Origin: Candidatus Melainabacteria bacterium
Lineage (GTDB): Bacteria > Vulcanimicrobiota > JABDET01
NCBI GenBank assembly: GCA_013286945.1
Contig: JABDET010000003.1
Location: 1 to 54,042 of the forward strand
Length of the DNA stretch: 54,042 bases
Reading direction: 5' to 3'
In this document: piece by piece, positions 38,245 to 48,810 of the stretch
How the letters are laid out: each line of letters begins with the position of its first letter
Numbering within the stretch: position 1 is the first letter of the stretch
Translations under genes and position numbers: made by a program
Notes under the pieces: model-generated
Database searches by the model: none
Told to the model about the DNA's origin: nothing
What the model saw: only the letters and a program-made list of their open reading frames with translations

Positions 38245-39279
38245 TTACGGGCGGACTTTTTCTTTGTGCAAATCAAGCGCAAGCTGGATCAATTGTTCAA
38301 TCACATTCGCGGGTTTCTTTCCGCTGGCTTCCCAAAGCTTTAAGAATAAACTGGTGGGGGTCAGCCCTGGAATCGTGTTAATCTCTCCCAAGTAGATCTC
38401 CGAGAGATCGGGTTTTGCGAGAAAGTCGACACGAGCAAACCCTTTGCAATCAAGGGCCAAATACGCCATCCCAGCCCAAACCTGCATCTGCTTTCGAACA
38501 TTGTCCGGAATCTCAGCCGGAACGCGTTTGCCAGAAGGCTTCTTATACTTGGCTTCGTAATCAAAGAATTCATTCGATGGGATGGTTTCCCCAACTTCAG
38601 AGACTTCAGGGAGCTCGTTTCCCATCACCGAAACTTCAAACTCTCGCGCTGAGACAACTGCCTTCTCAATCAAGACTTTGGAATCATGTCGAAAAGCCAA
38701 GTTCAAACCTTTCTCAAGATCCTTTGGCGAATCGACGCGGCTAATGCCAATGCTTGAGCCAAGCCGACAAGGCTTCACAAAAACGGGAAACGGAAATCGC
38801 TTCATGATGTCTTCGACAATGCCATCGGAGAGAAGCTTCCAACTCCACTTTTCAAAACTGTAACTGTCGAGCACGGGCAACCCTTGCTGATTAAACAGTC
38901 GCTTCTGGATTGATTTATCCATGCCGACCGCGGAAGAAAGAACCCCGCATCCAACATAAGGAACATTCAACAGTTCGCACAAACCCTGAATGGTCCCATC
39001 CTCACCAAACGGACCATGCAAGCATGGAAAGATCAAATCGACCTTTTCACCCAGCTTCCCCCACTCTACAAAAAGTTTCCCTTTTTTGAGAACTTGAGTA
39101 AGAGATTGGCCTGCTTTTTGAGCCATTTTCCATTTTCCATTTCGGGCAATTCCAAGGGGAACAATCTGATAACGTTTTGGATTGAGAAGTTCTACAACCG
39201 TTTCTGCGGATCGAATTGAAATCTCGTGTTCAGGAGACTCTCCTCCAAACATCAAGCCCACACGAATTTTCTTTGCCAT
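38245..39279 (-). CDS. ddl: D-alanine--D-alanine ligase
   Basis: GGESPEHEIS, LHGPFGEDG, GSSIG, EINTIPG. Confidence 0.96.
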   Translation of the reverse strand: MAKKIRVGLMFGGESPEHEISIRSAETVVELLNPKRYQIVPLGIARNGKWKMAQKAGQSLTQVLKKGKLFVEWGKLGEKVDLIFPCLHGPFGEDGTIQGLCELLNVPYVGCGVLSSAVGMDKSIQKRLFNQQGLPVLDSYSFEKWSWKLLSDGIVEDIMKRFPFPVFVKPCRLGSSIGISRVDSPKDLEKGLNLAFRHDSKVLIEKAVVSAREFEVSVMGNELPEVSEVGETIPSNEFFDYEAKYKKPSGKRVPAEIPDNVRKQMQVWAGMAYLALDCKGFARVDFLAKPDLSEIYLGEINTIPGLTPTSLFLKLWEASGKKPANVIEQLIQLALDLHKEKVRP

Positions 39280-39322
39280 ACCCTCCGCCTATTCGTCAAA
39301 AAAAAGCAAATCGCCTTGTTTG

Positions 39323-41044
39323 TTATTTACTTTTTTGCCGCTTGGCGCGAATGGTTTTCAGAAACTCGGCGGTGGAAAGGGTATTGACCACATCGGCTGG
39401 TTCAATCCATCCTCGACGAGCATTGGCCACTCCATACTGCAACATCTCGAAATGACTGGTGTTGTGGGAATCGGTATCGATCATGATCTTCACCCCCTTT
39501 TCCTTAGCCATTCGAAGATGCACATCATTGAGGTCAAGACGATCCCAAAACGAATTCAGCTCCATGAATGTCCCGGTCTCCTTGGCTTTATCCAACAATC
39601 GATCCATGTTCACGGCATAAGGCTCACGATACCCAATCAATCTTCCCGTTGGATGTCCGACAATGGTGACATACGGATTTTCGATCGCCTTCATGATTCG
39701 TGCCGTCATTTCTGCTTCACTCATATTAAACTTCGTGTGAACACTCGCCACAGCAAGATCCAGTTCAGCCAAGGCCTCGTCAGGCATGTCGAGGCTCCCA
39801 TCCGATCGGATGTCGACTTCGATCCCACAAAGTAACGTAAAGCCTTTGAACGTTTTCGCCAAGGCACGAATCTCCTTAACCTGTCGCAAAAGAGTCTTGG
39901 CATCCATGCCACCTGTCACCCCAACCAATCGAGAATGATCGGTGATGGCCCCATATTTATACCGCCTGCTGGCCGCAAGAGCCATGTCAGGCAAGGGATT
40001 GCTCCCATCACTCCATAACGTGTGCATGTGGCAATCCCCTTTGATGTCCCCCACCTCGATGAGCTTGGGAAGCTTTCCATCGTAAGCGGCTTCGATTTCA
40101 CCTCGATCCTCGCGAATTTCAGGAGGGATAAAGGGGAGCCCAACACACGCGAAAACTTCTTCTTCGGTTTTTCCACCGACATATTTCTCCCCCTTAAAAA
40201 TCCCGTATTCGTTTAACTTTAATCCTTTGTCTTGTGCCAGTTGACGAAGCCGAATGTTGTGAGCTTTGGAGCCGGTAAAATAGTGGAGTGCCGCCCCATA
40301 CGATTTGGCTTCCACCACCCGCAGATCGCATTGGATTCCCTCACCGACCAGTACTGTTGACTTGGTGTCTCCTTTAGCTACGACCTCCTCCACCAGCGGC
40401 AAACGTGTGAACGTGTCAATGACTTTTTCCGGCTTTTTGCTCACAATCAAGATATCGATATCAGCCACGGTCTCACGCATTCGGCGAAGGCTTCCAGCCA
40501 AATCGATCTGCTCCACTCCCGTTTTTTCCTTTAAGAGTTTAATCAATTGATGTGCGAGCGGAAGCACCTTGCCTAACCCGCGCCGCTCCTTATATTTCAG
40601 TCGGAGCTCGATCCCCTTCAAAATCTTTTCTTCCACCTTCTCTCCCAAGCCCTTTAACTGCCGAATCTTTTCTCCACGTGCGGCCTTCTCGAGATCGGCA
40701 ATGGTTTTGATCTCAAGTTCATCCCAAAGTCTTTTGACTGTTTTTGGACCTAGACCAGGAATTTGAGTCATCTCAATGACCTGAGGGGGAACTTTTTTCT
40801 TCAGCTCTTCGTAGAGCTTCATTTTACCGGTGGTGAGGTACTCTTTGATTTTCCCTGCAATCCCCTCCCCAATTCCGGGAATTTCCTTCCATTTGGCTTC
40901 ATCCAAATCACGAATCTCATGGGGAAGGGTCTCGATGGTCATGGCCGCCTTTCGATACGAGCGGGTTCGAAACGGATTCTCGTTCAGAATTTCTAGAATG
41001 TCAGCGATCTGATTGAAGGTCTTTGCGATCTCGGGGTTGTTCAT
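39323..41044 (-). CDS. polX: DNA polymerase X with PHP domain
   Basis: HhH motifs, GSLRR..DIDI, YFTGSKAHN, PHP HMHT..SDG and DSH. Confidence 0.96.
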   Translation of the reverse strand: MNNPEIAKTFNQIADILEILNENPFRTRSYRKAAMTIETLPHEIRDLDEAKWKEIPGIGEGIAGKIKEYLTTGKMKLYEELKKKVPPQVIEMTQIPGLGPKTVKRLWDELEIKTIADLEKAARGEKIRQLKGLGEKVEEKILKGIELRLKYKERRGLGKVLPLAHQLIKLLKEKTGVEQIDLAGSLRRMRETVADIDILIVSKKPEKVIDTFTRLPLVEEVVAKGDTKSTVLVGEGIQCDLRVVEAKSYGAALHYFTGSKAHNIRLRQLAQDKGLKLNEYGIFKGEKYVGGKTEEEVFACVGLPFIPPEIREDRGEIEAAYDGKLPKLIEVGDIKGDCHMHTLWSDGSNPLPDMALAASRRYKYGAITDHSRLVGVTGGMDAKTLLRQVKEIRALAKTFKGFTLLCGIEVDIRSDGSLDMPDEALAELDLAVASVHTKFNMSEAEMTARIMKAIENPYVTIVGHPTGRLIGYREPYAVNMDRLLDKAKETGTFMELNSFWDRLDLNDVHLRMAKEKGVKIMIDTDSHNTSHFEMLQYGVANARRGWIEPADVVNTLSTAEFLKTIRAKRQKSK

Positions 41045-41068
41045 GGGTAAGCTGTTGGTTAGGGAAAT

Positions 41069-41094
41069 AAAAAAGCCCTTCTTCCATGAAGGAC
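41069..41094 (-). terminator. Intrinsic terminator downstream of the 41128..41322 gene
   Basis: GTCCTTC-N6-GAAGGGC followed by T6 on the minus strand. Confidence 0.6.
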
Positions 41095-41127
41095 CCGCGG
41101 GTCAAAAACTTGAGCTAGAACGCCTTG

Positions 41128-41322
41128 TTAACCTTGACCATTGAACCTATTTCCTAAGCCCCTTTGGCGTTCTAAATGCTGGTTGGCTTGGTTTTGGTTA
41201 ACGACATTGTTGTGCTGGTTTTGCCGTCCCTTGTTTGTTCCTTGCGCGCCACCAGTCTTGTTTGTGTTGTTCACGTTGTTTTGTTGGTCTGGGTGTTGAA
41301 CGTGATTGAGTCGGTCTGCCAT
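41128..41322 (-). CDS. Small Asn/Gln-rich protein (64 aa)
   Basis: AAAGGAGG RBS, own promoter and terminator. Confidence 0.75.
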   Translation of the reverse strand: MADRLNHVQHPDQQNNVNNTNKTGGAQGTNKGRQNQHNNVVNQNQANQHLERQRGLGNRFNGQG

Positions 41323-41373
41323 TTGGTTTCCCTCCTTTCTTTACAAATTGAGGGAAGAGCTCCCCTATTTCTT

Positions 41374-41400
41374 TTATCGGTTGTCCCCCCATTCTTCTTA
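41374..41400 (-). promoter_or_regulatory. Sigma28 (FliA/SigD)-type promoter
   Basis: TAAG-N15-ACCGATAA compared with consensus TAAA-N15-GCCGATAA. Confidence 0.65.
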
Positions 41401-41430
41401 AGGGCCCTTTGTCCCCAATTTATTCCTGAT

Positions 41431-42942
41431 TTATTCCTCGATTTCCAGGGATTCGTCCTTTTTCGGCTTTAACAGGGGAAACAAGACCACTTCCCGGATG
41501 CTCGCGGAATCGCTAAAAAGCATGCACAGTCTATCGATTCCTATGCCAAGGCCTCCGGTTGGGGGCATCCCAAATTCAAGGGCCCTTAAGAAATCCTCAT
41601 CCATCATGTGAGCCTCCTCGTCCCCTGCTTCTCTCAAATCGAGTTGCTTCAGGAAGCGTTGGCGTTGATCGTCTGGGTCATTGAGCTCCGAAAACGCGTT
41701 GGCAAGCTCCATGTGCATCCCGAAAAGCTCAAACCGGTAGGTCAACGTGGGGTCTTCAGGCTTTCGCTTGGCTAAGGGTGAAATCTCGATCGGATAGTCG
41801 ATGATAAAAGTGGGCTGGACCAAATGTGGCTCAACGACCACCTCAAAAATCTTATCCAAGAGTTGCCCCCCATGGGTCTTACCATCGACTGGAATCCGTA
41901 GTCTTCTTGCAATGTCCTTAGCCTTCTCAAAGTCTCGAATTTCCTGAAGCTCAATCTTCCCATATTCCATGAGCGCGCCAGCATAGGACAATTTCTTGAA
42001 TGGGGGTTCAAAGGAGATGGTCTTCCCCTGGTAAGGAACCTGTCTTGTCTTTAGGAGGTCATCCGACAAGAAAACCAACAAGTCTTCCGTGAGCTTCATC
42101 ATCCCTTCATAATCACTGTAGGCTTCATAGACCTCCAGCATGGTGAACTCAGGGTTGTGACGCGTAGAAACCCCTTCGTTTCGAAAAATCCGCCCGATTT
42201 CATAAACGCGTTCGAGTCCGCCTACGATGAGGCGCTTGAGATAAAGCTCGGTAGCAATTCGCAAGTAGAGATCGATGTCAAGCGCATGATGGTGCGTGAT
42301 GAAGGGACGCGCTTCGGCTCCCCCAACTAAACCCGTCATCACGGGAGTTTCCATCTCATGGAAATTTCGCTCATCGAGAAAACGACGAACCAACGAAACC
42401 AATCGGCTCCTCAAAAGAAAAATCTTTCGAACCTCAGGGTTCACGATCAGGTCCAAGTAACGCTGACGATAACGAACTTCCACATCTTTCAATCCATGCC
42501 ATTTTTCCGGCAAAGGATACAAACACTTTGCCAACGGTTGGAAGCGTTCCACGAGAACGGTAAGTTCTCCACGCTTGGTGCGAAACGGACTCCCCTCGAT
42601 CCCAAGAACATCTCCTAAATCCAGCAATTCAAAAATTCCCCATTGTTCTTCGCCAAGCTTGTCTAACTTGAAATACACCTGCACTCTCCCGGACAAGTCA
42701 ACCAAATCCCCAAACGCTGCTTTTCCGTGCAAACGCAAGGCCATCATCCTGCCCGCGATTTGGACACGATCCTCAGAGTGTTCTTCCCCTTTTAGCGGGG
42801 TATAGCGTTCGAGGACATCTTGAACTGAATGCGTGACTTTAACCTGTTGACTGTAGGGGTCACACTTTTGCCGAAGTAATTGCAGGTGCTCACGTCGCTG
42901 TTGGATTTGGTCACTGGCTACCGCTGTCGTCGACTCCTTCAA
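41431..42942 (-). CDS. lysS: Lysine--tRNA ligase (class II)
   Basis: RYRQRYLDL, FRNEG, HNPEFTMLE, GLGIGIDRL. Confidence 0.98.
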   Translation of the reverse strand: MKESTTAVASDQIQQRREHLQLLRQKCDPYSQQVKVTHSVQDVLERYTPLKGEEHSEDRVQIAGRMMALRLHGKAAFGDLVDLSGRVQVYFKLDKLGEEQWGIFELLDLGDVLGIEGSPFRTKRGELTVLVERFQPLAKCLYPLPEKWHGLKDVEVRYRQRYLDLIVNPEVRKIFLLRSRLVSLVRRFLDERNFHEMETPVMTGLVGGAEARPFITHHHALDIDLYLRIATELYLKRLIVGGLERVYEIGRIFRNEGVSTRHNPEFTMLEVYEAYSDYEGMMKLTEDLLVFLSDDLLKTRQVPYQGKTISFEPPFKKLSYAGALMEYGKIELQEIRDFEKAKDIARRLRIPVDGKTHGGQLLDKIFEVVVEPHLVQPTFIIDYPIEISPLAKRKPEDPTLTYRFELFGMHMELANAFSELNDPDDQRQRFLKQLDLREAGDEEAHMMDEDFLRALEFGMPPTGGLGIGIDRLCMLFSDSASIREVVLFPLLKPKKDESLEIEE

Positions 42943-44769
42943 TCGTTCCTCCTCATGGCATACTCAGGGATCAAGCGCTTCAAGAATTCCGCTAAGTTGA
43001 CCTTGTCTTCTTTCTCACAAATCATTTTTATCTCATCCACGGCCCGCGTCAATTCGTCAAGCGGCCGGGTATTTGAGCGCACCACGAGAATCTTCTCAAA
43101 CGATGTCGGTTCAACCTTTTCGTAATCGGCGTAAAGTTTTTCATAAAGTTTCTCCCCTGGCCTTGGCCCCACGATGCTTACCGGAATATCCTTCTCAGGT
43201 TCGTAACCGGCCAAACGAATCATTTGGTAAGCGAGATCAAGAATATTCACCGGCCGTCCCATATCCAGCAAAAAGATTTCTCCTCCGCTTCCAATGGCTG
43301 CAGCTTGAAGAACAAGTTGTACCGCTTCAGGAATGGTCATGAAATACCGGGTCATCTCAGCATGGGTAACCGTGACTGGCCCCCCCCATGAGGATTTGTT
43401 TGCGAAACGTTGGAACAACGCTTCCCCGAGAATCCAGCACATTTCCAAATCGAACAGAGATAAACTGGGGAGCCGGTTGATTTCCACTAGTCACTTCTCG
43501 GTTGAGCGCTTGCAGAAACATCTCTGAAAGCCTTTTTGTTGCCCCCATGATGCTTGCAGGCTGAACTGATTTATCCGTAGAGAGAAAGACAAATTTCTTC
43601 ACTTGGTATCGGAATGCAAGCTTTGCTAAAGTGCAGGTTGCAAGAAAATTGTTTCGAATCGCTTCAAATGGCTGGGCTTCCATGAAGGGAACATGTTTGT
43701 GCGCTGCTGTGTGAAAGACAACATCGGGCTTTGTTGTTTCAAGAATCTTAGCCATTCGTTCCTCATCGCGCACATCTGCAATGATCGGAGTAACCAAACA
43801 GCTCTTTTTCGCTTGCAACTCAAGAAAAATCTCGTAAATCGAGTTTTCGCCATGCCCAATCAGCGCAAGGTGTGAGGGTTGAAAATTCACGATTTGCCGA
43901 CAGAGTTCCCCTCCAATCGAGCCCCCAGCTCCTGTCACAAGAACTGAACGTCCAGAGAGATACGATTGAAGCGATTCCAGGCTAATCGAAATGGGTTCCC
44001 GTCCCAGAAGATCCTCGATTCGAATCTCTCGCACCGGATTAAGCTTGACCTTTCCATTCATGAACTCATGGATGCTCGGTATGGTTTTGAATTCGACATT
44101 GAGACCTTGACAAAGAGACAAGACTTCTTTCATGATCGAAGGGGATGGCAAGGTGATCACCACGTCACGAATGCCTCGCTCCCGAACAACCTTGGGGAGA
44201 TCCGATCGTTTCCCGAGAATGGGAACACCATGAATTCTCAAATTCCTGTTTTCCTCTTCCTCGTCCAGGATCCCGATAGGCCAATAGGTCGAATGCTCCC
44301 GTTTTAGATCGCGAATGACAGCCTCCCCTGCATCTCCCGCCCCAATGATGAGAACTTTCCGCGCCCCAGCGCGCAACGCAAAACCAGAGCTTGCTAGGCG
44401 AAGCAACAATCGAACTCCGCCTAAAAGGAGAAGCGCGAGAAGCCAAGCAATGATGACCACCCCGCGAGGATAGAAATCACCACCACTGACAAACACTGGA
44501 ATCGCGAAAATGCCAAAACTTACCGTCACCGCATTGAAAAGGTGAATCCCATCTTCGATGCTCGCATAACGCCAAAGTTTATTGTAAAGACCAAAGACCC
44601 ACAGGATTCCTGCGCTTAGAACGCAGAGCGTGACGTAGGGAATGATGTTGGGTTGGAGATAACGTGCTGGGATGGCCCCTTCAAATCGAATCACAAGTGC
44701 AACAAGCAAGCTCCCCAAAAGCAAGATGAGATCGACGGTTAAAAGAAAAAGCCGATGATGAAATTTCAT
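42939..44769 (-). pseudogene. Nucleoside-diphosphate sugar 4,6-dehydratase (CapD/PglF-like), frameshifted at a G8 tract
   Basis: ORFs 43357..44769 and 42939..43487 join as ..MGGPVTVTH.. if one G is removed at 43380-43387; motifs TGAGGSIG, STDK, RFGNVL. Confidence 0.88.
43380..43387. repeat. C8/G8 homopolymer at frameshift
   Basis: Seven Gs would restore the frame. Confidence 0.85.
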
Positions 44770-45909
44770 TGTTGTCCCACGGTGGTCTTTTGCTGATGAA
44801 AAATACGGGTAAGGACTTGCGCAATCTGTTCAATCTGGCTTTCCTTAAGATCATAAAAGATCGGAAGGCATAATATTCTTTGGCAAATCCTCTCGGTGTT
44901 GGGTAGCGTTTGACTCCTTGATGCGTACCGCAAGAAAAATTCTTGCTGATGCAACGGGGGAGAAAAATATTTTCGATTGGGAATTCCCTCGCTTTCGAGC
45001 GTGGATGAAACATCATCACGCGAGATAACCCAATCATCCAAGAGAAGAATGGCGAAGTCCTTGTACGAAGAACGAGACTGAGGTTCAATCTCTTGGAACG
45101 CGATGGGGAGGTGACTGAGGGCTTTCTTGTACCCTTCAGCAATTTTGTTTCGACGCTTTGCATGTTCTTCAAGTAAAGCGAGAGCTTCAATGCCCAAAGC
45201 GCCTTGAAATTCCGACATTCGTCCATTGAGCCCTTGGTAATGTGTTTCGTAGTTTTCCGCATGCCCATACTCTCTCATGGATTCAAGCACCTTCGCCAAA
45301 GCCGAATCATGGGTCGCCACGATTCCTCCCTCGCCGGTGCAAAGAAGTTTCGTTGCACTCGTGCTAAAAACATGAATTTTTCCATGACTTCCTGCTGGCT
45401 TCCCCTGATAAGAAGTGCCAAACGCATGAGCAGCATCGAGAATCAAGGGGAGGCCATGCCTTTCGCAAAACGACTCGAGGTCTGAAAGAGGGGGGGGGAT
45501 TACCAAAAACGTAAGGGACCAAAACCGCACGGGTCTCTTGGGAAAGCTTTCCCTCCAAGTCTTTCATGCTCACCGTGAATCGGGTCGAATCACAATCAAC
45601 AAACACCGGCGTCACCTGGTTCCAAAGGAGTGCTTGAACGGTAGCCGTAAAGGTGAACGCGGGAACGAGACAATCACCCCTGACGTTTAATGCTTTTAGC
45701 GCAATCATTAATCCGGTGGTGCAACTTGAGACGGCAAGCGCATTCTTAACCTGCAGGTGCTGCGCCACTTTCTTTTCGTAATCCCGGACAATCGGCCCCT
45801 TTGTCACTCCCCCTTGGCCCCATTGCGAATCGAGATGCTTGGTCACTTGCGCCAGAGGAGGAAGCAGTGGGCGAGCAAAGGGGAGAGGTGGATTAAAGGC
45901 TCTTGTCAC
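44766..45909 (-). pseudogene. DegT/DnrJ/EryC1/StrS aminotransferase (PglE-like), frameshifted at a C9 tract
   Basis: N-half (SSCTTGL, FTFTAT) and C-half (DAAHAFG, K..CTGEGG) join as VFGNPPPLSDLE if one C is removed at 45490-45498. Confidence 0.88.
45490..45498. repeat. G9/C9 homopolymer at frameshift
   Basis: Eight Cs would restore the frame. Confidence 0.85.
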
Positions 45910-46531
45910 CGTAAACCCCTTTTCTCCCCAAAACCAATCCAAAGCTTCTAAAGAAAATCTTCGCATCCAACCAGAACGAAAAATTCTCAATGTATTGGAG
46001 ATCCAATTCGATTCTTTCAGGCCAAGTGAGGGCGTTTCTTCCACTGACCTGTGCAAGTCCGGACATTCCTGGTTTAACAAGTAACCGCCGCCTTTGCTGC
46101 GCGGTGTAGGCGTCTACTTGATACGCCAGAGTGGGCCTTGGCCCAATCAAACTCATTTCTCCTTTGAAAACGTTCCAAAGCTGAGGAAGCTCATCCAAGG
46201 ACCATCGACGCAAGAATCTTCCCAGTGGCGTGATTCGTGGATCCTGTTCACTGGTTTCGTAACCCCCTCTTTTAAGGGCGTCCTTCACCATGGTTCGAAA
46301 CTTATGAACATGAAATGTTTTTCCTAAGTACCCTACCCTTTCCTGGGAAAAGAAAGCAGGGCCCTCTCCGGCCAATTTCACGAGAAGAGCGATCAAGACG
46401 AAGACTGGGAAGAAAAAGATTAACGCCATAAGAGAAACCCCAAAATCGATAGCTCGTTTGATGCGTCGTTTCCAGGGGGGAACATGCTGCAAGATCCAAG
46501 AGAAATCACGATTGGCAAACGAACTATCCAT
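45893..46531 (-). CDS. Bacterial sugar transferase (PglC/WbaP-like phosphoglycosyltransferase)
   Basis: KRAID, KFRTM, SLDELPQLWNV.KGEMSLIGPRP. Confidence 0.93.
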   Translation of the reverse strand: MDSSFANRDFSWILQHVPPWKRRIKRAIDFGVSLMALIFFFPVFVLIALLVKLAGEGPAFFSQERVGYLGKTFHVHKFRTMVKDALKRGGYETSEQDPRITPLGRFLRRWSLDELPQLWNVFKGEMSLIGPRPTLAYQVDAYTAQQRRRLLVKPGMSGLAQVSGRNALTWPERIELDLQYIENFSFWLDAKIFFRSFGLVLGRKGVYGDKSL

Positions 46532-46555
46532 CCATGAAACCTCGCATTTCCCACT

Positions 46556-48810
46556 TCACTGAACATCTTTTTCCCGGAATGAACCGTTAATCCTTTGGCG
46601 AATGAGCTGGTTCTTCGGATCGAGCTCTGAGGCTTTCTGCCACATCCTTGCAGCTTCTTCCCTCTCACCCTCAATCTGATAGATGTCCCCGGCAATAACG
46701 AAACTTGCAGCCCCTCGATTTCCAAGTGCCATGGCCTTTTGAATCGCCTCAAGTGCAGCCTTGTTGTGTTTGAGATTCAGTTCAACGTAAGCAAGCCATT
46801 TCCAGGACTCTCCTGCCAAACGCTCATCCACCTTGGCTTTCTGAAAGTTCTTCTTCGCCTCTTTCAGGTCGCGGCGATTTAAGGACAAGAGTCCTGCAAT
46901 GTAATTCACCTCGGGCTGATCAGGAGCCAGTCGAGACGCAATCTCAATCTCCCCTTCAGCTTTTTTTGTGTTGTCTTTCTTGAGCGCTACCTTGGCTAAC
47001 CCGAGATGTGCCAAGGCCAGTGCGTTTTGATAATCTGGCATTCGAAAAAATTGGAGTGAAAACAACTGGTTTTCTGGATAAAGCGCGATCACCTTTCCGT
47101 AGGTATCTTCGGCTTCTTTCGTTCTTCCTTCCTCCAGCAAAATATCTCCAAGCCTTGTTTGGTGCATCGGATAATTCATCGGGTCAAGGAGAATCGCTCT
47201 TTCGATTAAGCCCTCTGCGTCTCGAATGTCTCCTCCCGTTTGAATAATCGCTTCTCCGAACTCAAACAAATACAAAGGCTTAATCGAATCCAAAGCCAGT
47301 GCCTTTTCAAAATCATGTTTCATCGTGTCAAGATGTGTTTTTTCTCCTGTTTTTCGATAAAGAGCAAAATCCAGCTGTGCCTTGTGTTCATCATAAGAAG
47401 CGTCGTATGGAAACAACCGGAGGGCCCATTCTTCTTTTCTCAAGGCATGCTCGAAGTGCCCTTTCTCTTTTTCTGCTTGAGCTTGCTCGTCGAAAATTGC
47501 ACTGGATTGGATGAAAATTCCTCCGAGAAACAACGCAGCAAAAATCGCTCGAACACCCCATTTGAATGCAGACGTGGGCGAAATGGACTTCCAGGCTGGA
47601 TCAAGCGACACAAGAAGCCCAGCCTCTCCCCAAAACAGGACACTCCATAAAGTGAAGTTTGAGTCAACATCGACCAAGAGATGCAAGACCCCAGCAAGAA
47701 AGCCAAGGAGCAACCCTAAGGGGAGCCAAATGTCCTTCTCTGAAGCGCGAACCGCCCGGAAGCCCGATTGGCCGACCAGAACTAGAATCGCCGCCAGAAT
47801 TGAAAAAGTGAGAATTCCTCCCTCTGACAAAAGTTGAAGGTAAAAATTATGAGGATAACGAGAATACCAAGTAAATCGCTCCTGGAACATCGGGAAAAGC
47901 CGTCCAAACGTATCGAAGCCACTTCCAAAAAACGGATGGTTCAAGAAGATGAGAATAGCCCCCTTCCAAAAAGAAAGACGGGCACTGATGGTCACAAGCC
48001 AACTGGAAGGATTGGTGGTTTTTTCCCATAGCTGATGTACGAAAGGGGTATTCCGATTAAGCGCAAGATAGAAGCTTCCAAAGACCGTGAAGACAAGGCC
48101 GTAAACGGCAACGGATCTGAGTGTCCCGTAGCGCTTGCGCATGACAAACAAAAACCAAAGAATCATCACAAAACAAAAGACCAAGATGGCTCCTCGAGAA
48201 TCGGTAAACGCTAAAGTAAGAACGAACAGAACCGTCACGAGCGCGTACATGAGCCTTCGCAAGCCATCGTCTGAAAAAACCGCCAAACTTGCAGCCAATG
48301 GGATAAGAAGAAGAAGATACCCTGCGAAAACATCACTTTCGTAAAAGGTGGAGGACATGAAAAACACGCTCTTGCCTGCAACCAGCCAGAAAAGATACCC
48401 CACGGCACAAGCGCCAAGTCCTCCGCTTAAAAAAATGAGGGGAAGATCGTATTTCGCCGATTCCTTCCGCCCGATTCCGGTCGCTAAAAGAAAAGTCGCC
48501 ATCCACCCGGCCGTCTTCAAGAAAAAAACGAGACTAGCACCAATGGCGACTGAATGCAGGCAGCTGAAAAACGCTGAAATGAGGAAGGCTAAGGACAGAA
48601 AGAGTGCTTTAGGATGGTGATCGAGCCAAGGAAAGCTTAGACAAACGAAAAAAAAAGCGCGGTATCAAAATAAGCGTCAAGAACTCTCCCCTCAAGACCC
48701 CAAAAAGGGAGCCCAACCAAACGCGAAACCACAGACACGATTCCAAGACCATACAGCCACCACAAGGCCACGCCCAAAACGAAAAGTGTGTAGCGGCGGC
48801 TAGGCTTCAA
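46556..48810 (-). CDS. O-antigen ligase/PglL-like membrane protein with C-terminal TPRs; N-terminus apparently split by a T9 tract
   Basis: DSRGA, ARLSFWKGA..HPFFGSG, PHNFYLQLLSEGG, then TPRs; one extra T at 48648-48656 fuses the upstream hydrophobic ORF in frame. Confidence 0.8.
48648..48656. repeat. A9/T9 homopolymer at a probable frameshift
   Basis: T10 gives the continuous reading ..DTALFFFVCLSFPWLD.. Confidence 0.65.
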
